DNA of 31,484 bases from IMG/VR virus record IMGVR_UViG_3300029517_000011, one strand, 5' to 3'. Made by a program: the position numbers and the translations under genes. The notes beneath the pieces are model-generated. The model was not told where the DNA came from. It was given only the letters and a program-made list of their open reading frames with translations, and searched no databases. This DNA is from a virus. Its lineage: Duplodnaviria > Heunggongvirae > Uroviricota > Caudoviricetes. This document shows, piece after piece, positions 1 to 7,027 of this stretch (position 1 is the first letter of the stretch; the number at the start of each line of letters is the position of its first letter).

Positions 1-88
1 GCGGTGAACGTACCGTCCTGGTTGGGGAACACGCCACATACCAGAGATTCGCTGTTGCCAAGATCGATAGTATCCATGCTGACCTCAT
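1..88 (-). CDS. Hypothetical protein, N-terminal 29 codons only (candidate first gene of the leftward early operon; continues past the window start)
   Basis: ATG at 86-88 (minus) immediately after an in-frame stop, open to the window edge (MRSAWILSILATANLWYVACSPTRTVRSP...). Lies downstream of the operator-like palindrome at 191-210. SD-like AAGGGG is very close to the ATG. Confidence 0.25.
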   Translation of the reverse strand, partial: MRSAWILSILATANLWYVACSPTRTVRSP

Positions 89-190
89 TTCCCCTTAACG
101 CCGGGGTAGCGGAACTGTTTGCTGAGAACACCGTGCGGTGTCTTGATGGAAAATAATTTAGAATAACCTAACATGAGAGGCAAGTGTTTT

Positions 191-210
191 TTGTTAGATT
201 GATCTAACAA
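191..210. promoter_or_regulatory. Operator-like palindrome TTGTTAGA-N4-TCTAACAA on the distal side of the repressor gene (OL-like)
   Basis: Perfect 8-bp inverted arms separated by 4 bp; same half-site (TTAGA...TCTAA) as the palindrome at 703-720 on the other side of the repressor gene. Confidence 0.5.
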
Positions 211-245
211 AAAGGGTGGGCGCAACTAATCACTTGAAAAGAATG

Positions 246-653
246 TTATTTTATTGATTTATTTTTACGCGCTTTAAGCATTTCTTCGAAGAGTTTGTTG
301 AAGTTTTCTACTCTTGCGCGCATTTCAGACAGCAAGGCTTCCTGCTCGGAAGATGGAAGAGCATCGAATAATTCGATCAATTCTTTGTGGTTGGGAGTTA
401 GCTCTGTTTCCACATGAAGTTCTTGTGCAGGCACTGGTGCCTTGTCTTCGTCACCAAACATTAGCCATGTAGGTGAGCACTTCAGAGCATCCGCTAAAGC
501 AAACAATCGTTTTCCGACTGGCTGGGTTTCGTCTCTTTCCCATTGTGAAATTGTGACGTGAGCAACTCCAGCGAGGCGCGCGGCTTCTCGTTGTGTTAAG
601 CGTAATTCTTTTCGTCGCGCCAGAACTCGCTGGCCCAGGGTTCTTGTATCCAT
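246..653 (-). CDS. dicA: Phage repressor, DicA-like XRE-family HTH protein (135 aa)
   Basis: 135-aa ORF with an N-terminal HTH (LRLTQREAARLAGVAHVTISQWERDETQP) and a C-terminal segment (CSPTWLMFGDEDK...NFNKLFEEMLKARK) that I recall as characteristic of E. coli Qin DicA. Divergent from a small cro-like gene, with palindromes on both flanks. Confidence 0.8.
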   Translation of the reverse strand: MDTRTLGQRVLARRKELRLTQREAARLAGVAHVTISQWERDETQPVGKRLFALADALKCSPTWLMFGDEDKAPVPAQELHVETELTPNHKELIELFDALPSSEQEALLSEMRARVENFNKLFEEMLKARKNKSIK

Positions 654-662
654 AGTTAGGTA

Positions 663-720
663 ATTCTAATTTTTCTTGACTTAGGTATCCCGCGCACAAT
701 AATGTTAGAAAAGTCTAACA
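663..720. promoter_or_regulatory. Divergent promoter/operator region between the repressor and cro-like genes
   Basis: Plus strand: TTGACT (676-681), 16-17 bp spacer, AATAAT/ATAATG (698-704), overlapped by palindrome TGTTAGA-N4-TCTAACA (703-720). Minus strand: TAGAAT -10-like hexamer (663-668) 9 nt before the repressor ATG with no SD, suggesting a near-leaderless repressor mRNA. Confidence 0.5.
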
Positions 721-734
721 AGAGGGGGGCTTTG

Positions 735-962
735 ATGCTTAAAGTTGACGCAATTACTTTTTTTGGCAGCAAAACAAAGCTTGCCAATGCCGCAGGAGTG
801 AGGCTGGCAAGTGTTGCTGCTTGGGGGATACTGGTTCCTGAAGGTCGCGCGATGCGTCTACAGGAGGCATCTGGCGGGGAGCTTCAGTATGATCCCAAAG
901 TTTATGATGAATATCGTAAGACGAAGCGGGCGGGGCGGTTGAACAATGAAAATCACTCCTGA
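735..962 (+). CDS. dicC: Cro-like small regulator, DicC-like (76 aa)
   Basis: ORF track frame 702-962; I place the start at ATG 735 because the predicted transcript start lies near 710 and AGAGGGGGG precedes 735. 76-aa product (MLKVDAITFFGSKTKLANAAGVRLASV...) matches DicC in length, position and, as far as I recall, sequence. Confidence 0.7.
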   Translation: MLKVDAITFFGSKTKLANAAGVRLASVAAWGILVPEGRAMRLQEASGGELQYDPKVYDEYRKTKRAGRLNNENHS

Positions 963-1467
963 ACAGGCTCGTGAGGCTCTGGATGCCTGGATATGTCGAC
1001 CAGGAATGACACAGGAGCAGGCGACGATATTAATCACTGAAGCATTCTGGGCTTTGAAAGAGCGCCCGAACATCGATGTTCAGCGTGTCACAGATGAAGG
1101 TGGCGCGGTTGATCAGCGAGCGCTTGGTGTTAATCGAGTGAAGATATTCGAACGCTGGAAGGCTATCGACACCAGGGATAAGCGTGAAAAGTTCACGGCG
1201 CTAGTGCCTGCGATTATGGAGGCTATCCGGATTAGTGATTTCAGGTTGTATCGTGAAATTACTGACGGAAAAAGCATCACGTGCATGATCGCCGGGTTAA
1301 ACAAAGAATATGGCGATGTGGTGGAGTCCGGACTGCTTTTTGCTGATCCTGCCGTAGTGGATCGTGAAACTGACGAACTTATAGAAAAAGCAATTGCTTT
1401 CAAGCTTGCGTATCGACAGCAATACCAACAAAAAGCTGGATGGAATTATGAGCCTTCTTTTTGCTGA
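946..1467 (+). CDS. Hypothetical early-region protein (173 aa), in the position of cII/YdaT-type regulators
   Basis: ORF track 946-1467; its start overlaps the end of the cro-like gene and its end overlaps the replication gene start. Function is inferred from position only. Confidence 0.6.
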   Translation: MKITPEQAREALDAWICRPGMTQEQATILITEAFWALKERPNIDVQRVTDEGGAVDQRALGVNRVKIFERWKAIDTRDKREKFTALVPAIMEAIRISDFRLYREITDGKSITCMIAGLNKEYGDVVESGLLFADPAVVDRETDELIEKAIAFKLAYRQQYQQKAGWNYEPSFC

Positions 1468-2413
1468 ACGCCCACTGGTTATAAACACGCAGCTGGCAAT
1501 GAAAATTGGCTTAAACGAAGCCATTGTTTTGCAACAACTGCACTACTGGTTGAGAGATACCAACTCCGGCATGGAATGTGATGGTGTTCGCTGGATTTAT
1601 AACACAACGGAACAATGGCTGGAACAGTTCCCATTCTGGTCAGAGTCAACGTTAAAGCGCGCGTTTGCAAGTCTGAAAACGCTGGGGCTTTTGCGTTGTG
1701 AAAAGCTCAATAAATCAAAGCGCGATATGACCAATTTCTACACGATCAACTATGGGAGCGAGCTTTTAGATGGTGGCAAATTGAGCGAATCCATCGGTTC
1801 AAAATGCGCCGCTCCATCAGGTCAAAATGACACGATGGAAGAGGTCAAAATGAAACGCTCCATTGGTTCAAAACGACCCAATGTCATCGGGGCAAAATGG
1901 CCTGATGATCTTACAGAGAATACAACAGAGATTACTACAGAGAATAAAAACACTTTTCGTCCGGAAGCTTCGCAACCGGACCCGCAGACGACTGAACAGG
2001 ATTCTTTAACCCGGAACTCCGACGCGGTTGTGTTTAGTGCGAAAAAACGCCAGTGGGGTAGCAGGGAGGATTTGGCGTGTGCGCAGTGGATCTGGGGGCG
2101 GATCGTGGGTCTCTACGAACAGGCAGCCAGTGATGATGGCGAGATCATGCGACCAAAAGAGCCTAACTGGACTGCCTGGGCCAATGACGTGCGCACAATG
2201 CGGATGCTGGATGGCAGAAGCCACAGACAAATTTGCGAAATGTTTGGTCGGGTTCAGCGAGATCCATTCTGGGTAAAAAACATCATGAGCCCGTCAAAGC
2301 TCCGCGAAAAATGGGACGAACTGGTCATCCGCCTGGGACGTTCACCTGTACAGCGTTGTGTTAATCATATTTCTGAACCGGATACAGAAATTCCGCCTGG
2401 TTTCAGAGGATAA
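1448..2413 (+). CDS. Phage replication initiation protein (O-like; iterons lie inside the gene)
   Basis: ORF track frame 1394-2413; I prefer ATG 1448 (MSLLFAERPLVINTQLAMKIGLNEAIVLQQLHYWL...), which gives an N-terminal HTH-like domain. Five 23-bp direct repeats sit mid-gene as in lambda O. The C-terminal half resembles primosomal/DnaT-like replication proteins from memory. Confidence 0.6.
   Translation: MSLLFAERPLVINTQLAMKIGLNEAIVLQQLHYWLRDTNSGMECDGVRWIYNTTEQWLEQFPFWSESTLKRAFASLKTLGLLRCEKLNKSKRDMTNFYTINYGSELLDGGKLSESIGSKCAAPSGQNDTMEEVKMKRSIGSKRPNVIGAKWPDDLTENTTEITTENKNTFRPEASQPDPQTTEQDSLTRNSDAVVFSAKKRQWGSREDLACAQWIWGRIVGLYEQAASDDGEIMRPKEPNWTAWANDVRTMRMLDGRSHRQICEMFGRVQRDPFWVKNIMSPSKLREKWDELVIRLGRSPVQRCVNHISEPDTEIPPGFRG
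1791..1950. repeat. Candidate origin of replication: five tandem 23-bp iterons (1791-1905) followed by an A-rich segment (1906-1950)
   Basis: Units start at 1791, 1814, 1837, 1860 and 1883, with consensus about CCATNGGTTCAAAATG. Exact 23-bp periodicity (TCAAAA at 1799, 1822, 1845, 1868, 1891). Followed by TACAGAGAATA-type A-rich repeats. Confidence 0.7.
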
Positions 2414-2453
2414 GTGTTGATTTCAGGTCATGAGGTAATTTTAAGGGGGACTT

Positions 2454-2876
2454 GTGGCAAAAGTTTTTACACAAGAAGAGCGGGAAAAAATTAAATGGCA
2501 GGTGGTGGAACTCGTGCGCCAGAGCGGCCGTGAGACGTTACGGCAACTGGAAGCTAAAACAGGTGCGACTAGATATCTGATGAGCGTTCTTGCCAGAGAG
2601 CTGGTAGCCAGTGGCGATGTATACAACTCCGGCTACGGGTTATTCCCCTCTGAACAGGCGCGTAAGGACTGGCAAAACGCCCGCAAAAAACTCTCGAGGG
2701 CAAAGGTGAAGAAACCTGCTGTGGTTGATCCGGACCTTATCTGGTCATCACCTGACGGAGAAATACGTCGCTACGACAGTCGCCTAAACATAATCTGTCG
2801 CGAGTGCCGGAAGAGCGAAGTTATGCAGCGCATACTGGCTTTCTATCAGGGTAATTTTCAGGACGTGGCGCAGTGA
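2454..2876 (+). CDS. Hypothetical protein (140 aa)
   Basis: GTG start at 2454 preceded by SD TAAGGGGGA. Stop overlaps the next gene's start (GTGA at 2873-2876), suggesting translational coupling. Confidence 0.6.
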   Translation: MAKVFTQEEREKIKWQVVELVRQSGRETLRQLEAKTGATRYLMSVLARELVASGDVYNSGYGLFPSEQARKDWQNARKKLSRAKVKKPAVVDPDLIWSSPDGEIRRYDSRLNIICRECRKSEVMQRILAFYQGNFQDVAQ

Positions 2877-3229
2877 GTGCACCGGCAACCATTCTTGATA
2901 TGTGCTGTGGCAGCCGCATGTTCTGGTTCGATAAGTCTGACAAACGGGCGATATTCAGCGATATCAGAAAAGAAGGATACACATTACGCAATGGGAGACG
3001 CTTGATTATCAGCCCTGACATTATCGCAGATTTTCGTGCATTATCATTTGCAGACGCATCTTTTTCGATGGTTGTATTAGACCCTCCGCATCTTGAGCGT
3101 GTTGGTGATAACGCCTGGATGGGAAAGAAATATGGACGGCTGAATAAAGATGCCTGGCGTGATGATTTGCGACAGAGATTTAAAGAAGCTTTTCGGGTGT
3201 TGAGGCCGCACGGCGTTCTGATTTTTTAA
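2873..3229 (+). CDS. SAM-dependent DNA methyltransferase-like protein, probably C-terminally truncated or interrupted by an in-frame TAA
   Basis: Motif I-like LDMCCGSRMF near the N-terminus and DPPH (motif IV-like of N6/N4 amino-methyltransferases) at about residue 70. ORF ends at TAA 3227-3229, but the same frame stays open for 29 more codons (WNETQIPVSQILALTDRKPVICQRTGKKR) to TAA 3317-3319. Confidence 0.5.
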   Translation: MSAPATILDMCCGSRMFWFDKSDKRAIFSDIRKEGYTLRNGRRLIISPDIIADFRALSFADASFSMVVLDPPHLERVGDNAWMGKKYGRLNKDAWRDDLRQRFKEAFRVLRPHGVLIF

Positions 3230-3491
3230 TGGAATGAAACGCAAATACCGGTAAGCCAGATTCTGGCACTGACAGATAGAAAGCCTGTTATCTGTCAACG
3301 AACAGGGAAAAAACGATAAAACCCACTGGATTATTTTTATGAAAGAGGCATCCAGTGAGTAGATTCGTAAGGTTACAGATACGTATATCTGAATAATTAA
3401 ATTCAGTTCTGTAAATAAAACTTAATCCTTAACCGGATGGATTTCTGCACCCTCAGAACATCAGGAGGCCGCCCGAAAGGGCGGTAGTGAA

Positions 3492-3602
3492 ATGCGAAAG
3501 TTCAAAATTATTATTGAAACGGGAATAGCTGGTGGAGATTTTGAGGATGTATTCGAAGTGGACGATGACGCAACACCTGATGAAATTCATGACGGAGCAT
3601 AA
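3492..3602 (+). CDS. Small acidic hypothetical protein (36 aa); frame remains open for 23 codons beyond the TAA
   Basis: ATG 3492 follows a GC hairpin (3468-3485, GAAA loop) and GGAGG at 3463-3467. Product MRKFKIIIETGIAGGDFEDVFEVDDDATPDEIHDGA. Below the size cut-off of the ORF track. Confidence 0.3.
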   Translation: MRKFKIIIETGIAGGDFEDVFEVDDDATPDEIHDGA

Positions 3603-3666
3603 GAAATTTTCTTTAACTACTGCAATTACTCATACCACGAAATAAAAGACGATGAGGAAGAACAAA

Positions 3667-3777
3667 GTGGCTGATTTTTGTTCAGCTAAATATAACATCA
3701 GTTTTGAAGAGCGGGATGAACTATTAATGGACTATGGTGAATTACGCGGTGGAAGTGCTGCTGATGTCGAATCCTAG
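3667..3777 (+). CDS. Small hypothetical protein (about 37 aa); same frame reopens after TAG 3775-3777 for 21 codons
   Basis: SD GAGGAAG at 3655-3661 then GTG 3667 (alternative ATG 3652). Acidic, protein-like product (...YNISFEERDELLMDYGELRGGSAADVES). Confidence 0.25.
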   Translation: MADFCSAKYNISFEERDELLMDYGELRGGSAADVES

Positions 3778-3839
3778 CGTGATGACTATGAAGCGGGAAA
3801 AACTCCGGTCGAAGCATATTGTGATGAGTGGGGCGATGA

Positions 3840-4094
3840 ATGAGCGAGATTAATTATCAGGAAGGGCATGAAACGGCGGGGCAAGCAAAACCAGTGGCAT
3901 GGCGATATCGCTACGTGAAAAAAGCGTTACGGACTTTCAGGGGAAGTAGTGGTCTGGTGACTGGAAATATGTACCGAAAAAAGAGGATTGTAACGACAGG
4001 CCGAACTATCAAATTCAGGCCTTATTCACTGCCTCACCAGTCCCGGTTACATCAGAAGAACTGGTTAAAGCTGTGCACTTTTATGAACAACTAA
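3840..4094 (+). pseudogene. Possible frameshifted or degraded small gene
   Basis: ORF-track ORF 3840-4094 starts plausibly (MSEINYQEGHETAGQ...), but its 3' half looks non-protein-like while the -1 frame reads a protein-like ...VPVTSEELVKAVHFYEQLKRENPPTSGN. Confidence 0.3.
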
Positions 4095-4380
4095 AACGCG
4101 AAAATCCACCAACATCCGGCAACTAGATTAATGGATTAACTATGTCGGTTAAACGACCAGCCAACTGAAAAAGCGGAAACCTGATTACAGGTTGCCAGAT
4201 AAGGCAATGAGCTACCTGGCGCGGAACGGACTGATAAGTATGGGGAATGTTTTACGATGAACCTTTAGACTAAAGAGTTTGTAACGCTATGTAAGTGATT
4301 TTTTCTGGTTTAGATATTTATATGTCCGGCCAAATTGAGGTGTGTTTAAATGTAATTGCACATTGATTGTAGGAGGAATA

Positions 4381-4560
4381 ATGAAAAACGCATTGCAGTT
4401 TTTGTTTGTTGCGTTCTGGTTGTTCGCATCATGTATGCCCATCATCTTCACAGCAAGGTATATGGAAAAAGTTGATGTTTTGATATTAATATTTGGATAT
4501 ATAAATGCCCTTTTTTTAGGGGTGTTCATGGCGGTCATGTGCATTGAATACTGGCGGTAA
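4381..4560 (+). CDS. Small hydrophobic membrane protein (59 aa, two predicted TM segments)
   Basis: ORF track frame 4342-4560; strong SD AGGAGG then ATG 4381 (MKNALQFLFVAFWLFASCMPIIFTARYMEKVDVLILIFGYINALFLGVFMAVMCIEYWR). AT-rich upstream region. Confidence 0.55.
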   Translation: MKNALQFLFVAFWLFASCMPIIFTARYMEKVDVLILIFGYINALFLGVFMAVMCIEYWR

Positions 4561-4708
4561 ATACAGCGAACTCCATTGGTTTAGTTGGATATTTACTGTG
4601 CTGGACAAAAACGGTTTGCGGGGAAATCTTAGTTAAGTAGAATGACTGCGGGTGCTTGAGGCTATCTGCCTCGGGCATGGACACCAACGGCAGATAGAGA
4701 AAAGCCCC

Positions 4709-6584
4709 AGTTAACATTACGCGTCCTGCAAGACGCTTAACATTAATCTGAGGCCAATTTCATGCTAGACACATGTAGGTTAGCCTCTTACGTGCCGAAA
4801 GGCACGGAGAAGCAGGCTATTGTTAACACCAAGCTGTAATGTCCCCTTTGAACCATTCTAAAATGTCCCCAGACAATTCTCTGGGGGATTTTTCATGACC
4901 AAAGAAACTGTTACGATGAGTCATAAGGAACTCCACCGACTTCAGATTATTCAGGAGTCAATTAATCGACATATTACTCAGGAACAAGCTGCGGCACGCA
5001 TTGGCATTTCTATTCGGCAGGTTAAACGTCTGGTGCAACGGTATAGAAATGAAGGGCCTTCTGGTCTGGTTTCCCACCGACGTGGAAAGCGTCCTAATAA
5101 TTCCTTTTCTACTGAATTCAGAGCAACAGTAATTTCACTCCTCAAAGGCCGTTACGCTGATTTTGGACCTACGTTTGCGTGCGAAAAATTGCGCGAGATA
5201 CACGGTTTATCTTTATCCGTTGAAACTCTCAGAAAGTGGATGATAGAAGAGGGGTTATGGCGTGAACGCCGTCGTAAAATTGCCCGTATATATCAACGCC
5301 GCATGCGACGACCATCTTACGGTGAACTGATCCAGATTGATGGCTCACCTCATGACTGGTTTGAAAATCGAGGCCCCAGATGTACACTGATCGTTTTCAT
5401 TGATGATGCCACCAGTGCGTTGATGGCGTTGCGTTTTGTGCCTGCTGAAACAACCCGGGCTTACATGGAAACCCTCCGGGGTTACCTTAATGATCATGGC
5501 GTACCGCTCGCTCTCTACTCTGATAGACACAGTATATTCAGGGTAAATAACCCAGAGCGGGAAGGTGAGCTGACCCAGTTCACTCGTGCGATAAAGACAC
5601 TGGGCATCGAGCCAATCCATGCCAACAGCCCGCAGGCAAAAGGGCGGGTAGAGCGCGCCAATCAGACACTACAGGACAGGCTGGTCAAAGAAATGCGGCT
5701 TCAGAATATCAGTGATATTGAAACAGCAAATGCATGGTTGCCGACCTTTATTGAAGCCTATAACAACCGGTTCGCTACGTCGCCTCGTACTACTGATAAT
5801 GCTCATCTTGATGTGCACCATTCTGAAGAGGAACTGGGTTATATCTTCAGCCTACAGGCGAAGCGCGTTCTGTCTAAAAATCTCACTTTCCAGTACAAAA
5901 GCAGTGCGTTTCAGGTACGCAGTGAGGGCCGGGGATATCGACTTAGGCATTCGGTTGTTACTGTATGCGAGAACTTTGACGGTGAAATTAACGTTCTGTA
6001 TGACGGGAAAGCGCTGGGCTGGGAAAAGTATGTTGATGGCCCGGAGCCTATACCACTGGATGATGAAAAGAGTGTCCATGAACGAGTGGATAATGCCCGT
6101 ATTGATTTACGCTCAAAATACTATGTTAAACCTAAAGCTGACCATCCCTGGCTTACGCGCCGAACGCAAAGTCATCAGCAAGTTAAGCCCCCGAAGTTAC
6201 CTAAAAAGAAGCCTGATCCCGATAAAAAAGATTGAAACCAAGATCGATTCGGTTGAGTGCATATCCATTCATAGGGTAGATTCTTAAGTCGCGTTTCTGG
6301 TGTTCATTTTCGGGTGGTTTGTTACTTGTTTTACCGGGGATATGCCAGAAACGCGCTGAGTCAGTCTGGGCGGTGCGCGTAATGAGGCGTTATGGTAAAT
6401 AGCCTATGCTAATGTCCGCTAAGAGCAAGAAGCGGAAGTTGGCAGTTTTGTGGACTGTCCCCACAAAAGTGACTACAGAAATAGTTGCAATTCATAATTG
6501 ATCATGGGTTGTCAGTTAAACTCGTGGCGATTTAAATAGACTAATTGGGAGTGCGTCCATTACTTATATCTTGTAATGTTAACT
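4709..6584 (+). mobile_element. Insertion sequence with a single rve-type DDE transposase; ends not resolved (4709 and 6584 are only a provisional 12-bp inverted match)
   Basis: Single transposase gene 4895-6235 with no second IS gene, interrupting the phage nin-like region. AGTTAACATTAC (4709-4720) is the reverse complement of 6573-6584. No convincing longer terminal inverted repeat found by eye. Confidence 0.3.
4895..6235 (+). CDS. IS transposase, HTH N-terminus plus rve integrase-core DDE domain (446 aa); IS481/ISNCY-like architecture
   Basis: ORF track 4895-6235. N-terminal HTH (ITQEQAAARIGISIRQVKRLV). Catalytic-core-like segments LIQIDGSPHDW, ALYSDRHSIF and ANSPQAKGRVERANQTL fit D, D, E spacing of retroviral-integrase-type transposases. 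SD GGGGGA sits inside a hairpin (4867-4886) before the ATG. Confidence 0.85.
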   Translation: MTKETVTMSHKELHRLQIIQESINRHITQEQAAARIGISIRQVKRLVQRYRNEGPSGLVSHRRGKRPNNSFSTEFRATVISLLKGRYADFGPTFACEKLREIHGLSLSVETLRKWMIEEGLWRERRRKIARIYQRRMRRPSYGELIQIDGSPHDWFENRGPRCTLIVFIDDATSALMALRFVPAETTRAYMETLRGYLNDHGVPLALYSDRHSIFRVNNPEREGELTQFTRAIKTLGIEPIHANSPQAKGRVERANQTLQDRLVKEMRLQNISDIETANAWLPTFIEAYNNRFATSPRTTDNAHLDVHHSEEELGYIFSLQAKRVLSKNLTFQYKSSAFQVRSEGRGYRLRHSVVTVCENFDGEINVLYDGKALGWEKYVDGPEPIPLDDEKSVHERVDNARIDLRSKYYVKPKADHPWLTRRTQSHQQVKPPKLPKKKPDPDKKD

Positions 6585-6630
6585 ATCAGAAATGATACAA
6601 AGATAATATGTCTTTAAAGAAAAGGCTGAT

Positions 6631-6657
6631 GGCGAAAAGTGGCCCGATGAGGGCCAC
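6631..6657 (-). terminator. Intrinsic terminator downstream of flxA
   Basis: On the minus strand: stem GTGGCCC / GGGCCAC with a 5-nt loop followed by a U-run (complement of GGCGAAAA at 6631-6638). Confidence 0.55.
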
Positions 6658-6671
6658 AATACGGCTGTCAC

Positions 6672-7004
6672 TTAGACGTAAATATCAATGGTGCCAGCGG
6701 TATTTGTATCGTCTTTTTTCTCTTCTTTTTTATCAGGCTGAACTGTCGCGTCTTCATTCTTTTTCTCTGCCTGCTGCCTTAACAACTGCTCCAGTTGAGC
6801 CCAGAGGCTTTCAATTTGCTTCTGTACCAATGCAGCCATTTCTTTTTTCTGCTGTGTCGTCATCCCCTCTTCCGATGAGATTTTCCCAAGCTTTTCAGTC
6901 AGCACCTGAATTTGTCTTGTGATTTTGGCTATTTCTGATGTTCCTTCCGGGGCGGAGTTGTTTGAAATAACGGTTGAGGTATTTCCCTGAATTGTGACAG
7001 ACAT
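6672..7004 (-). CDS. flxA: FlxA-like protein (110 aa)
   Basis: ORF track 6672-7004. N-terminus MSVTIQGNTSTVISNNSA and 110-aa length match my recollection of E. coli Qin FlxA. Preceded by SD AAAAGGAGAAA and a sigma-28 consensus promoter. Confidence 0.7.
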   Translation of the reverse strand: MSVTIQGNTSTVISNNSAPEGTSEIAKITRQIQVLTEKLGKISSEEGMTTQQKKEMAALVQKQIESLWAQLEQLLRQQAEKKNEDATVQPDKKEEKKDDTNTAGTIDIYV

Positions 7005-7027
7005 AGATTTCTCCTTTTAAAAAAGCA

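Noticed and set aside
451-699. 82-aa minus-strand ORF overlapping the repressor gene in another frame
   Set aside because: Entirely nested in the better-supported DicA-like ORF; no RBS and a composition that is not protein-like.
702-734. Upstream ATG (702) as start of the cro-like gene
   Set aside because: The predicted promoter would start transcription near 710, downstream of this ATG. ATG 735 has an SD-like AGAGGGGGG and gives the expected 76-aa product.
5712-6287. 191-aa plus-strand ORF overlapping the transposase gene
   Set aside because: Alternative frame of the well-supported transposase ORF, with low-complexity composition.
6608-6922. 104-aa plus-strand ORF antisense to flxA
   Set aside because: Mirror ORF of flxA without promoter or RBS support.
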